From a virus (lineage: Duplodnaviria > Caudoviricetes), in the IMG/VR virus record IMGVR_UViG_3300048898_000030, positions 1 through 40,266 of that record: 40,266 nucleotides of DNA, one strand, 5' to 3'. The notes under the pieces were generated by a model. The model was given only the letters and a program-made list of their open reading frames with translations. It was not told the origin of the DNA and ran no database searches. Every line of letters begins with the position of its first letter. Position 1 is the stretch's first letter. This document shows, one piece after another, positions 16,499-25,083 of the stretch. Position numbers and translations under genes: made by a program.

Positions 16499-17949
16499 TA
16501 AATCTCCATTCCCTTTAAATCCATAGTCATTCCGCGACTATCAAATAACCCGGAACTCATTCCGCTTGCAATTCCTAATCCCGCCTCAGCGAACGTCAGG
16601 CATAGTGCATCTGCGAAGTCGGTACTTGGTAGGCCGCGTGCCCGCATCAGTTGCTTGGACTCCACTTGCAACCGGCCATCACTGAGGAACGCATAACGCG
16701 GCGACGCCAGATCCTCTCGCAGCCTGTCATGCCGTGGCAACCGCACATTGCGGCCTGATAACCATTCTCGTGCGCGCACCCAGAGTTCGTCTCTCAATCG
16801 CGCATAGCGTCCCGTCGTGCTGGGCACCTCGGCCACATTAAGTCCAAGGACAGGCACATTCTGCTCGTGCAAACGATCCACGACCCCGGCACCGATGCCG
16901 ATCACATCCACCACGATCAGTGCTGGCTTGTTGGCTCCAGCGGCATCCCACTCAGCCTTAATAGCTCCGGCCAGCATCATGGTGTCGAACTGATGCCATG
17001 AGCGGGGCATCTCCTCGACTACCAGCCCACGCCGCTTGACCAATGTGCTGGCATCATTCCCGAACCTTGCAACATCACAACCCCAAATAGAGCTTGCGCT
17101 CATGTCGATTGGAATATCGCGTACCATAGCGCTGTCGATCAGGTCGGCGGGGATCAGCGTGTTGTCGTCCGCCGTGGGCCATTCACCCAAGCACCTTATG
17201 CGAAACGCATTGCTGTCACGCCCGTAACGCTCTGCAATCTCCTCGATGAACTTCGGATCAACGCGCGGGCTATCGAGCCCGCTCACCTTCATGCAATGCC
17301 ATCGGTCACGCTCCATGGTCATCACACGCCAAAAATACCCGGTTGCCCTGGTCGGATTACCTATCAGGACGGTTATCGCCCCCGGCGTGCTCATGCTGCC
17401 GCTGGCAGCCTCGTAAACATTCTCCTCGATGCCAGATGCCTCATCACAAACCAGCAACACGTTGGCGCTGTGGACGCCTTGCAACGCCTCCGGCTGATCA
17501 CGCCGACTGGTCCGGGCGCTGATAAAACACTCTGCATCAGCCTTTAAGCGTATGTGGTCCGCCTGCAAGTCCCATAGCTGGCGCCAGCCTGGAGGCAGTG
17601 ATGAAAACCATTTCGTCGTCTCACTCCAGAGACTATCATACAGCTGCGGGGCGCTCGGCGCAGTGCAGACGCACTTGAACGGCGAGCGGGTGTTGCAAAA
17701 CCAAACCATCAGCCAAGCTGCGAGCGCTGTCTTGCCACAACCGTGCGCGCTCCGGATGGCAATGCGCGTGTGGCCACGTGATATTGCCCGCAATGCCTCC
17801 AACTGCCAGGGATCAGGCTCGCAGTGTAAGACTTCGCGAACAAACGCCACGGGCGCTCGGGCGTATCTACCGATCGCTACATCGAACGGGTTGGCCGCCC
17901 TGGCAATGGCCTCGGCCCAGTCCGGCGGCAGGGTTTCAGCGTGGCTCAC
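16498..17949 (-). CDS. terL: Terminase large subunit
   Basis: Walker A SAHGCGKT, Walker B LLVCDEASG, IGNP motif, nuclease motifs GCDVARFGND and STDFADAL. Confidence 0.95.
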   Translation of the reverse strand: MSHAETLPPDWAEAIARAANPFDVAIGRYARAPVAFVREVLHCEPDPWQLEALRAISRGHTRIAIRSAHGCGKTALAAWLMVWFCNTRSPFKCVCTAPSAPQLYDSLWSETTKWFSSLPPGWRQLWDLQADHIRLKADAECFISARTSRRDQPEALQGVHSANVLLVCDEASGIEENVYEAASGSMSTPGAITVLIGNPTRATGYFWRVMTMERDRWHCMKVSGLDSPRVDPKFIEEIAERYGRDSNAFRIRCLGEWPTADDNTLIPADLIDSAMVRDIPIDMSASSIWGCDVARFGNDASTLVKRRGLVVEEMPRSWHQFDTMMLAGAIKAEWDAAGANKPALIVVDVIGIGAGVVDRLHEQNVPVLGLNVAEVPSTTGRYARLRDELWVRAREWLSGRNVRLPRHDRLREDLASPRYAFLSDGRLQVESKQLMRARGLPSTDFADALCLTFAEAGLGIASGMSSGLFDSRGMTMDLKGMEI

Positions 17950-18029
17950 GGACGCGGGATCATCTCCATACGGTCGATTGCGGATGCATCACGACATTGC
18001 ACGATGTTAGTGCCAGAAAATAACTGCAT

Positions 18030-18049
18030 CGCAACGCTATTTTGTCGTT
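18030..18049. repeat. 20-bp direct repeat/operator, copy 1
   Basis: CGCAACGCTATTTTGTCGTT, identical at 18630-18649; AACG..CGTT dyad. Confidence 0.85.
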
Positions 18050-18082
18050 GACTGATCGCTGTCTGGCTTGGTAGATAGCGGA

Positions 18083-18607
18083 ATGATCTATATGGCACGA
18101 GCCGGCGACGATGGTCCCGTCAAGATCGGCACCAGTCGTGATGCACAGAAGCGGCTGAGGTCGCTCAAGGGTGCAACCCATGTTCCGCTGTCCATCATCC
18201 GGCTATTAGATGGCAACCGGAAGGACGAGCGGGAGTTACACCGAGAGTTCCGCCATCTCCACATCCAGGGAGAGTGGTTCCGGTTTGACCCGCGCATGCT
18301 GGACATCGAGCTACGGGACATCATTCCCGTTCCGCCGAAGCATAAGCCGTCTCGGCTGACCAAGGCGGCCAAGGCTGCGATCATCATACCGGAGCATGCA
18401 CCACCACACATCAAGCTGGGTCTGTGTCTGCAAGCCATGGGCTGGTCGCAGCGCGAACTCGTGAGACGGATAAGATGCGACACCAATCTGCCATTACGCT
18501 GGTTACGTGGAGAGACAGCAATCCCTCTTGCTATATCTAAGTGGTTGGAAACCCTAGCGAGGAACATACTAAATAATCCTTCACCAAATAATTGGCGCGA
18601 TACTTAA
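18083..18607 (+). CDS. GIY-YIG/T5orf172-like domain fused to an HTH domain
   Basis: IYMA...PVKIGTS....RL..L...E.ELH..F....GEWF; C-terminus paralogous to 19268-19474. Confidence 0.8.
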   Translation: MIYMARAGDDGPVKIGTSRDAQKRLRSLKGATHVPLSIIRLLDGNRKDERELHREFRHLHIQGEWFRFDPRMLDIELRDIIPVPPKHKPSRLTKAAKAAIIIPEHAPPHIKLGLCLQAMGWSQRELVRRIRCDTNLPLRWLRGETAIPLAISKWLETLARNILNNPSPNNWRDT

Positions 18608-18614
18608 AATCTCC

Positions 18615-18649
18615 TTGCAGTTCTGCCTCCGCAACGCTATTTTGTCGTT
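18615..18649 (+). promoter_or_regulatory. Promoter with overlapping operator, copy 2
   Basis: TTGCAG-N17-TATTTT; the 20-bp repeat overlaps the -10. Confidence 0.55.
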
Positions 18650-18669
18650 ATCGAAACCGGAGACAGACA

Positions 18670-18852
18670 GTGATCATCGAGACCAGCAGCAACCAGCTTT
18701 ATTCAGTCCGCGAGACTGGCGACGCGAACCTCGCCCATGTGTGGATTGGCATTGAAGTGAAGCGTTCCGGCGGAACGTTCGTTCCCAAGGCAAAGGCCCG
18801 CGAGATGCTCGTCCGCAAGGCTGCTTCCCGCATCATCAGCAAGGAGATCTGA
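18670..18852 (+). CDS. Small hypothetical protein
   Basis: GGAG SD, GTG start (MIIETSSNQLYSV...). Confidence 0.65.
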   Translation: MIIETSSNQLYSVRETGDANLAHVWIGIEVKRSGGTFVPKAKAREMLVRKAASRIISKEI

Positions 18853-18855
18853 GCC

Positions 18856-19032
18856 ATGAAAGCCTTCCGCATCTTCCGCAACCACTACCTCTGCGACGCC
18901 TGCCCGAACGAATGGAGCGACGAGGCGATGGTCGTTGCGCCGGCTTATTGCCCGTGCTGCGATGCCAAGACCGAGCCTTACGACAGCACCGCGCTGCTCG
19001 AGGATGTCACTGTGACCGAGGAGATTGAGTGA
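18856..19032 (+). CDS. Small Zn-ribbon protein (58 aa, absent from the ORF track)
   Basis: AGGAG SD; MKAFRIFRNHYLCDACPNEWSDE...YCPCCDAK; two CxxC pairs. Confidence 0.75.
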   Translation: MKAFRIFRNHYLCDACPNEWSDEAMVVAPAYCPCCDAKTEPYDSTALLEDVTVTEEIE

Positions 19033-19271
19033 TGGACGAGGAGATGAAGCGCCATCTGGAAGCGATGGAAGGTCGCCTGATGGCCCGCATCAACGACGTG
19101 CTGTTGCGGCTGGTAGATGTGCGAGCCGATGTGCGCAACCTACGCAGCGAGCACAGCGTAACGCGAGACCTGGTGACAGCTTTGCCGGCAACGGTGCTCG
19201 GCGCGATTGAGAAGCCACTACTACAGCGCATCACGGACATTGAGACCCGCGTCACGAAACTAGAACCATGA
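19032..19271 (+). CDS. Small coiled-coil protein
   Basis: TGATG-coupled; heptad pattern. Confidence 0.65.
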   Translation: MDEEMKRHLEAMEGRLMARINDVLLRLVDVRADVRNLRSEHSVTRDLVTALPATVLGAIEKPLLQRITDIETRVTKLEP

Positions 19272-19474
19272 CCCCTGAGGAGTTCACCGCGGCGCTCGAT
19301 GTGCTGGGCTGGTCAAAGCGAGAGTTGGTCCGGCACATCAAGTGCGACACCAACCTGCCGCTAGCATGGGAACGCGGTGAGGTTGAGATCCCGCCGCGCA
19401 TTGAAGCATGGCTTACGAAGCTGGTGAAGTTTCATCTGAAACATCCGGCGCCGAAGAACTGGCGCCTGTCGTAG
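19268..19474 (+). CDS. XRE-like HTH regulator
   Basis: MTPEEF..AL..LGWSKREL.........WERGE..IP. Confidence 0.8.
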   Translation: MTPEEFTAALDVLGWSKRELVRHIKCDTNLPLAWERGEVEIPPRIEAWLTKLVKFHLKHPAPKNWRLS

Positions 19475-19801
19475 CTATTCCGTTGGCGTCGGCGCATCGA
19501 GCAGATTGGTTTCCTGCTGCGGCGCAGGCTCAACCTGGCCATCGATGAGCTTGCTGGACATCTCGCGAGCGGCGTTTAGGTGCAGCAGCAGCACGCCACC
19601 GACTTCGCCAGTATGCGCAGTCACCGCGAGGTCTGGAATTGTCTTGCGAAGTAACCCGAGCGCAGCCCGGACCTGATCCGATGACATACGCACGGAATCC
19701 GTTGTATCTAAAGCGAATGCGTTCAGACGGTTAACAAGCTGACTTGTCTGGATTTTGGAACGGGTCCGTGCATCGTGTTCTGGACTAAGCCTGACAGCCA
19801 T
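19475..19801 (-). CDS. Putative terminase small subunit
   Basis: First minus-strand gene upstream of terL apart from the inserted cassette; RSKIQTSQLVNRL...QVRAALGLLRKTIPDL. Confidence 0.55.
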   Translation of the reverse strand: MAVRLSPEHDARTRSKIQTSQLVNRLNAFALDTTDSVRMSSDQVRAALGLLRKTIPDLAVTAHTGEVGGVLLLHLNAAREMSSKLIDGQVEPAPQQETNLLDAPTPTE

Positions 19802-20372
19802 CGCGTCGTTCCAGACTAGCAATTGGTATGGTGATTTCCCGCAACTGGCCGAAGAACATACAGCCAATCCGTGCTAGATCGCCGTGGATGCTGATGACGG
19901 CCCCGACCATGCCATTGGCAGCCCCTTTGCTGACCACCACAGCCTCGCCTGTGGCGATTAGCGCATGCTCTGGAGGGGTAGTAGCGCGAACCGCCTCGCC
20001 GGCCTGCAGCATGCCTAAAACAGCCGCGCTGACATACTGTATCCCATTACCACCGAGTAGATTGGCGCGAATGCCTGGGCAGTAGCGGATTGGCCGCCAG
20101 AGATCGGGCGGCGAGTAGGGCACGAAGATGTATCCGGGGAACAGCGGGCGGCGAACGAAATGCCAGAGCGATGGTGTGACGCGATCGCGGCGGCGAGCGG
20201 TGTAGCGCGGGACGAACGGATCATAGCCACGCTGTCGGAGGTTGGTTTCTGCCCATGTCTCGGCCTGGCTGTAGGTTGCGAGGACGGCGGCACGATGGCG
20301 AATGCACCCGGCCTGCTTTGGGCTGTCGGGTTCGAGGTCATCTAACCGGCTATGTGGTGCGCCGTCAAGCAT
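19785..20372 (-). CDS. NusG/RfaH-family transcription antiterminator
   Basis: NGN motif RPLFPGYIFV plus a C-terminal KOW-like GEAV.V.KG...G..G...FFGQ; exact start uncertain. Confidence 0.85.
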   Translation of the reverse strand: MLDGAPHSRLDDLEPDSPKQAGCIRHRAAVLATYSQAETWAETNLRQRGYDPFVPRYTARRRDRVTPSLWHFVRRPLFPGYIFVPYSPPDLWRPIRYCPGIRANLLGGNGIQYVSAAVLGMLQAGEAVRATTPPEHALIATGEAVVVSKGAANGMVGAVISIHGDLARIGCMFFGQLREITIPIASLERRDGCQA

Positions 20373-20533
20373 CAGTGCAGCAGCGGGCCGGCGCGACCGA
20401 ACAGCTCGGCGGCAATCCAGAACGCGATGGCGGCCCAGCCGAGGTGTGGGCGACTGAGCGCCACCGGCCATGCCGATGCGGCCAGGACAGCGCACACGAA
20501 CGCGAACACGAGCAGGATGAGCGAGATCACCAC
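20372..20533 (-). CDS. Small two-TM membrane protein
   Basis: GGAGG SD, GTG start; two hydrophobic segments; stop overlaps the next ATG. Confidence 0.65.
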   Translation of the reverse strand: MVISLILLVFAFVCAVLAASAWPVALSRPHLGWAAIAFWIAAELFGRAGPLLH

Positions 20534-20691
20534 GCACCTCCGCGGAACACGAGGAAGACCAGGATCACGATCAGCACGAGGCCGAGGCCGCCGCCGTAGC
20601 CCCAGCCGGGGCCGTAGGCGCCGTGGAGGTAGTAACCGCCGCCACCGCCGAACAGCAGGAGCAGCACGACCAGGAGCACGATCAGGCCCAT
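20527..20691 (-). CDS. Small Gly-rich membrane protein (DUF3309-like)
   Basis: LIVLLVVLLLLFGGGGGYY...GWGYGGGLGLVLIVILV; AGGAGG SD. Confidence 0.7.
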   Translation of the reverse strand: MGLIVLLVVLLLLFGGGGGYYLHGAYGPGWGYGGGLGLVLIVILVFLVFRGGAW

Positions 20692-20710
20692 CAGGCGGTC
20701 CTCCTGGTTT

Positions 20711-20870
20711 TGCGCCAATGCGCCAATTCATGCGCTAGAAAGCGCGCCAATTCCGGCAGGGACGGTGGCTGCTGCGCCAATTTTACAGGCCCTTTAGGGC
20801 CTGAATTGGCGCAAACCGCCCCTGCATGCGCCAATTCAAGGGGGGTATGAGTGCGAATTGGCGCACTCAT
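20711..20870. repeat. Iteron-like GCGCCAAT(T) array, candidate replication origin
   Basis: Direct copies at 20712, 20720, 20744, 20774, 20828; inverted copies at 20804, 20856; directly after the helicase gene. Confidence 0.7.
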
Positions 20871-22216
20871 GACGGCCTCAGGGTATCATTGACGACGACG
20901 CCTGGCACAACCTTACGGAACTTTGGGTGCCGGTATTCGGTCGTCTGCAGGGTGCCGGATTTGAGCCAGGCGCCAATCATTTTGGCGGCAGCTTTCTCGC
21001 TGGTATCGAACATCTGGCAGAGGACATGCCCGCACCAGCGGTCGGAGGACTGTCCCCGTTTGGTTGCCGTGTAGAGGACGCCTGGCTCGGGGCCGTCGCG
21101 AATCGCGTCGAGGGCAGCATTGAGTTCGGAGTTGGGGGCCTTCTCCAATTCGTCATCTGGGGGCTTCCAGGCCACGATGGCCCCCACGCTATCGCCGTTG
21201 GGATAGGTGGGATTGAAGGTATTGCCGAGCTTCACCGAACTGAGGCGGAACCAGCGGGCCTTGGCGGCGGTGGCCATGTTGCGCTTGGCGTCATCGAGCC
21301 TGACGTAGCTCAGGCGGTCCTCGTCCGAGATACCGAACCCCTCGGCCTCGGCCTCTGACATGGTGGTCATCAGCAGCCCGACACGGGCGCTATCGGTCAG
21401 CGCCTTGGCGCCGCGTGCGGCGTCGATGCCGCTGGTGTCGCCCTTGCGGACGTGATGGACGAGCAGTACGGCGCAGTTGGTAGCCCGTGCGATGCGCCGC
21501 CAGACAGCCGCGGCCTGGATCATCTGCGGGTTGGAGTTCTCCTCCAGCGTGTGGCTTTCGGCGAACGGGTCGCAGATGATGAGGCCGATGTCGTTCTCAC
21601 GGATAAGCTCGGTGAGGGCCAATTCGTCGGGATTGGCGACATAGAACCCGTTGTCGTCACGGGCTGGTGCTGCGAGCGTGAGGCCGTGGCCGTCGCAGTC
21701 CTCGATGAACAAGCGCCCGTCAAGATCCTCGCGACGGATGCGGTGGGCCAGCATGACGGCTGCCACCCGCCGCTCCAACTCGTCCATCGGGTCGTCCAGG
21801 TTGATGACTGCGACGTTGACGGGCGCGAAGATGTGGCTGCCGAGGAAGGCGCGCCGTGAGGCCAGGGATATCCCCACGGCCATGGCGTAGGCTGATTTGC
21901 CGGTGCCGCCGGGGGCTACCAGGACGGTGACGAAGCCCCGGACGAGTTCGGTGCCATAGAGCCACTGGCGAGGCTGGAGGGTTTCTGGGTCGGGCAGCCG
22001 CGCCGGGCGCAGCACCAATTTCCCATTGGGTTTGTGCTCCTGTCGCAGCGGCCGGACGTTATCTGTCGCCAGTGTAGGGCGGAACTTTGCGGTGTGGGCA
22101 TTGACCTCGGCCACCATCTCCAGCGCAGCGTTGAGGTCGAAGTCGGTGGGCTTGGGATCATCGATCCAGCCGTCAACGCCGGGCTTCCGGTAGGCATCAG
22201 GGCGCTCGTCAGCCAT
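20867..22216 (-). CDS. AAA family (RepA-like) replicative helicase
   Basis: Walker A APGGTGKS, Walker B LIICDP, AVLLVHHVRK, ARGAKALTDSAR. Confidence 0.88.
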   Translation of the reverse strand: MADERPDAYRKPGVDGWIDDPKPTDFDLNAALEMVAEVNAHTAKFRPTLATDNVRPLRQEHKPNGKLVLRPARLPDPETLQPRQWLYGTELVRGFVTVLVAPGGTGKSAYAMAVGISLASRRAFLGSHIFAPVNVAVINLDDPMDELERRVAAVMLAHRIRREDLDGRLFIEDCDGHGLTLAAPARDDNGFYVANPDELALTELIRENDIGLIICDPFAESHTLEENSNPQMIQAAAVWRRIARATNCAVLLVHHVRKGDTSGIDAARGAKALTDSARVGLLMTTMSEAEAEGFGISDEDRLSYVRLDDAKRNMATAAKARWFRLSSVKLGNTFNPTYPNGDSVGAIVAWKPPDDELEKAPNSELNAALDAIRDGPEPGVLYTATKRGQSSDRWCGHVLCQMFDTSEKAAAKMIGAWLKSGTLQTTEYRHPKFRKVVPGVVVNDTLRPS

Positions 22217-22625
22217 GACGGCGCCTCTTGAGCCATTCCTGCTGCTCGGCAATGGCGCGTTCCATGGCCTGGCGCCTGATGTGCAGCCCCAGGAGGTGCT
22301 GCTGCATCTCGTAGACTTCGCGCACGTCGTAATCGCCGAGCTGGCCCAGGCGCTTGGCGCGCAGGGTGGTGTCCAGCAGGGCGGCGTGGGCTTTGGTAAG
22401 CGTCAGGTATTCGCAGACGACTGGCCGGGCCAGTTCGGCCGCCAGGGCATAGCAATGGGCCATGGACAAAGCTCCGGTTGACGCGCCCGGAGCATTCTGC
22501 GATGAACAGGGTGTCAGTTCCTGTTTCCGCATGGGCTCCAGGCCCGTGGACAACGCTACAGCGCCCCGGTTCCCGCCGGGGCGTTCTGCGTTTACATGGA
22601 AACGATTGAGTCGGGAAGCGCTCAT
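22209..22625 (-). CDS. Hypothetical protein
   Basis: Coupled ORF in the replication operon. Confidence 0.55.
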   Translation of the reverse strand: MSASRLNRFHVNAERPGGNRGAVALSTGLEPMRKQELTPCSSQNAPGASTGALSMAHCYALAAELARPVVCEYLTLTKAHAALLDTTLRAKRLGQLGDYDVREVYEMQQHLLGLHIRRQAMERAIAEQQEWLKRRRHG

Positions 22626-22858
22626 GCCGCCTCCCCGTCAATCGCCGGCTGGCAGTAGGCCGCGGGCACACCAGGCGCCCGGCCGACCTCCTCGAATACC
22701 GTGACCTCGACACCATCGGCATGCCGGCGAACCTCGACGCCGTAGCGGTAGGCCCACCACGCGAGTTCGCCGAGGTAGCCGCCATCGGGACCGGGCCGCA
22801 GCACGTTGTGCGCGATCACACGCCGCCCAGGTGGCGCAGGGGGCTTGCGCGCAGTCAT
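22622..22858 (-). CDS. Hypothetical protein
   Basis: ATGA overlaps at both ends. Confidence 0.55.
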   Translation of the reverse strand: MTARKPPAPPGRRVIAHNVLRPGPDGGYLGELAWWAYRYGVEVRRHADGVEVTVFEEVGRAPGVPAAYCQPAIDGEAA

Positions 22859-23259
22859 GACAACCGGCCCCGCAAGGGCACGCCAATTTCCAGTAGCGAC
22901 GCCTCTACCTGTTCGACGCTGCGACATAGACACACGTCGGCCCCGGCATAGATCAGCCGGCGCTGCGTTTCCCTCTGTGCAGCGCTGACCACGCCCTTAG
23001 CGCTCTTGAGTTCAATGAAGATCGGCCGGCCAGACGCGATCACACAGAGATCCGGCACACCGGCACGGACTGCTTCACCCTGCGCCCGAGCCCGCGCGAT
23101 CTTCGATCGCATCAGTCCGTTCGGCACAGCGAAATGCACGGCCGACGCCGGCAACGCGGCAGTGAGGAACTGATGCACCGCGCGCTGAAGCTGTGACTCG
23201 TCCTGCCGCCGCCTAACCCCACGCTCCGGCACCAGCGAGGCCGTGACCACGCCGCTCAC
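22855..23259 (-). CDS. VRR-NUC family nuclease (resolvase-like)
   Basis: ESQLQ...FAVPNG...RAGVPDL...FIELKSAKG.VS.AQ. Confidence 0.85.
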   Translation of the reverse strand: MSGVVTASLVPERGVRRRQDESQLQRAVHQFLTAALPASAVHFAVPNGLMRSKIARARAQGEAVRAGVPDLCVIASGRPIFIELKSAKGVVSAAQRETQRRLIYAGADVCLCRSVEQVEASLLEIGVPLRGRLS

Positions 23260-23543
23260 GGCCACAGCCCCGACGGCCAGGACCGCAGCAGCGGCGCCGT
23301 GGCGCGCTCGGCGCGGGCAACGGCCAACTCCCACGCCAACGCCTCACGGGCCTGCTGCGCCGCGTGCGGCATCGGCACCGGTCCTGGCTTCGGACGAGCG
23401 CCGCCGCGCTCCTTGAACAGCTTCGCCCGCACCGCCCGCTCCGTGCGGCCCAGGCCCAGCGCGATGTCCGCGTGCGACATGCCGGCGGCCTCCCGCTTGC
23501 GTGCGCGGATCACCTCGCCGCAGGTCCACGGGCGGGCGGTCAT
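23256..23543 (-). CDS. GcrA-like N-terminal HTH protein
   Basis: WT..E.......GMS...IA..LGRT..AV..K pattern. Confidence 0.6.
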   Translation of the reverse strand: MTARPWTCGEVIRARKREAAGMSHADIALGLGRTERAVRAKLFKERGGARPKPGPVPMPHAAQQAREALAWELAVARAERATAPLLRSWPSGLWP

Positions 23544-23743
23544 GGCTCAGGCGCCCTGCCGGGCTTGGTGCGTTCAAGATGCTCGATCGTCAGCCCAGGC
23601 TTGAGAGCCGCGATGCGATGCCAATATCGCGCCGGGATGCCGCGCTTATACCAAGACTTCACCGTCTCCGGCTTCAGCCCAAGCATGTCCGCCAGGGTTG
23701 ATCGGCCCCCCACCTTGTTGAGTATGGCGCCGTGACGGTTCAT
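23540..23743 (-). CDS. Cro-like repressor
   Basis: GG...LADMLGLKPETVKSWYKRGIPARYW; divergent from the XRE repressor. Confidence 0.8.
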   Translation of the reverse strand: MNRHGAILNKVGGRSTLADMLGLKPETVKSWYKRGIPARYWHRIAALKPGLTIEHLERTKPGRAPEP

Positions 23744-23756
23744 CGCCATATACTGC

Positions 23757-23823
23757 GGGGCACGAAGCCCCATGGTCAAGCCCCAGGCTAATGAGGCATA
23801 GACAACAGGGGACAAAATGCCCC
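23757..23823. promoter_or_regulatory. Operators between cro and repressor (GGGGC-N5-GCCCC)
   Basis: GGGGCacgaaGCCCC 23757-23771; GGGACaaaatGCCCC 23809-23823; minus-strand TTGACC at 23780-23775. Confidence 0.7.
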
Positions 23824-23836
23824 CATATAGGCGCCC

Positions 23837-24232
23837 ATGCTTATCGAACCGCAGGTAGAATCGCAGGCCAGGCTACTCGGAACGCGCCTCAAATGGGCGC
23901 GCGAGTTAGTCGAACCAAACCGTGCCAGGTTTGCGAGGTCGCTTGATCTCGACCATTCAACGATCAGGAATATCGAGAACGGGACACGTAGCCCGTCGGT
24001 AATCCTGCTGATGCAGATCTGCCATTCCCTACGTATATCCGTTGAATATCTGCTGCGTGGAGAACTGCGAGGAGTTGACGGAGAATTGGCAGCGTTGCTG
24101 CTAGCGCATCATCCCGAACTGGCGCCGCCGCCTGAGTTAGCGCGCGGCAGGCCCAGCAAGGTCGGGCAACAGTACAACGTTCAGCCCTCCACGAAACCAG
24201 AATCGGTTTATTCATCGGTCGGGGGCAATTAG
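23837..24232 (+). CDS. CI-like XRE repressor without a peptidase domain
   Basis: LGTRLKWARE...FARSL.LDHSTIRNIENGTRSPS...SVEYLL.G. Confidence 0.85.
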   Translation: MLIEPQVESQARLLGTRLKWARELVEPNRARFARSLDLDHSTIRNIENGTRSPSVILLMQICHSLRISVEYLLRGELRGVDGELAALLLAHHPELAPPPELARGRPSKVGQQYNVQPSTKPESVYSSVGGN

Positions 24233-24274
24233 CCTCATCTATCTCTTGACGTAGGGGGCTATTAGCCCCATTGT
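24222..24274 (+). promoter_or_regulatory. Early promoter with two operators
   Basis: GGGGCaattaGCCTC 24222-24236; GGGGCtattaGCCCC 24255-24269 inside TTGACG-N17-CATTGT. Confidence 0.7.
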
Positions 24275-24299
24275 GTGTGCCGCAGCTACGGTTAGCGAC

Positions 24300-24629
24300 A
24301 TGCACCACACAGACCTCCTTGATGACTTTGCTTTGCCCACGGCCGGCGGCAACCCCGGCCCGGAAAACGGCGCCTGCAGCGCGAGGGGTCACAAGCCTGT
24401 AACGCAAAACTACCTGCGTGCAAGCGAAGAATTGTTGCGCGCACACATACAATCCCAGTCGCAGCGTGAATGCAGCGTGAATGCATCTGCGGAACATTCT
24501 GCCGAGCGGGTGCGTTACTATCTCAGCATTGCCGGGCAACCCAATACCGTTGCTACGGAATGCCGCCCCATCCCCAGACCGCGCTTCCCGGTGGCGTTGC
24601 CGCCCGGATATCTGCCGGGAGTGGTCTAG
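24300..24629 (+). CDS. Hypothetical protein (weak)
   Basis: First ORF after the early promoter; atypical composition. Confidence 0.35.
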   Translation: MHHTDLLDDFALPTAGGNPGPENGACSARGHKPVTQNYLRASEELLRAHIQSQSQRECSVNASAEHSAERVRYYLSIAGQPNTVATECRPIPRPRFPVALPPGYLPGVV

Positions 24630-24646
24630 TGGCGAGTCTTTGCCAA

Positions 24647-24853
24647 ATGTCAAAAAGTATGCGTGACGCACGCATACGAGACATGCTCGCCGCCATAGCG
24701 GAATGGTCCCACGCCACCGGCGCTGACCGCGACTACTGGCGCGGCATCGCGCTCGACCAGATCCGCGAGTTCCGCCGCGCACACCTCATCCCCGAGCGCG
24801 CCGCATTCGAGGCCGCCGTGGAGCGCAACCGCCAACTCAGGAGGGCCGCATGA
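24647..24853 (+). CDS. Hypothetical protein
   Basis: GC3-rich; ATGA-coupled to the next gene; start uncertain. Confidence 0.6.
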   Translation: MSKSMRDARIRDMLAAIAEWSHATGADRDYWRGIALDQIREFRRAHLIPERAAFEAAVERNRQLRRAA

Positions 24854-25083
24854 TCGATGCCGCGAGGATCGTAGCCGAGCTACGCGCGCAGGAGCTGGTG
24901 ACCGCACTCCAGGCCGCCGTGAACGGCGACAGCCACTGGCGCCACCGTGCGAGCGCGCTGCTCCACAGTATCGCCGATCTGGAACTGCCTGAGCAGGTAA
25001 CCGACGCCATGCGCGCGATCGACGCTCGCAAGCGCGCCGCCGAGGTCATGCAAGATGTCATGTGGAGCGACTGCAGTGGCTGA
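24850..25083 (+). CDS. Hypothetical protein
   Basis: GGAGG SD, coupled ORF. Confidence 0.65.
   Translation: MIDAARIVAELRAQELVTALQAAVNGDSHWRHRASALLHSIADLELPEQVTDAMRAIDARKRAAEVMQDVMWSDCSG

Noticed and set aside
24461-24485. Tandem GCAGCGTGAAT repeat
   Set aside because: Only about 2.3 copies in a weak ORF; most likely a local slippage duplication.
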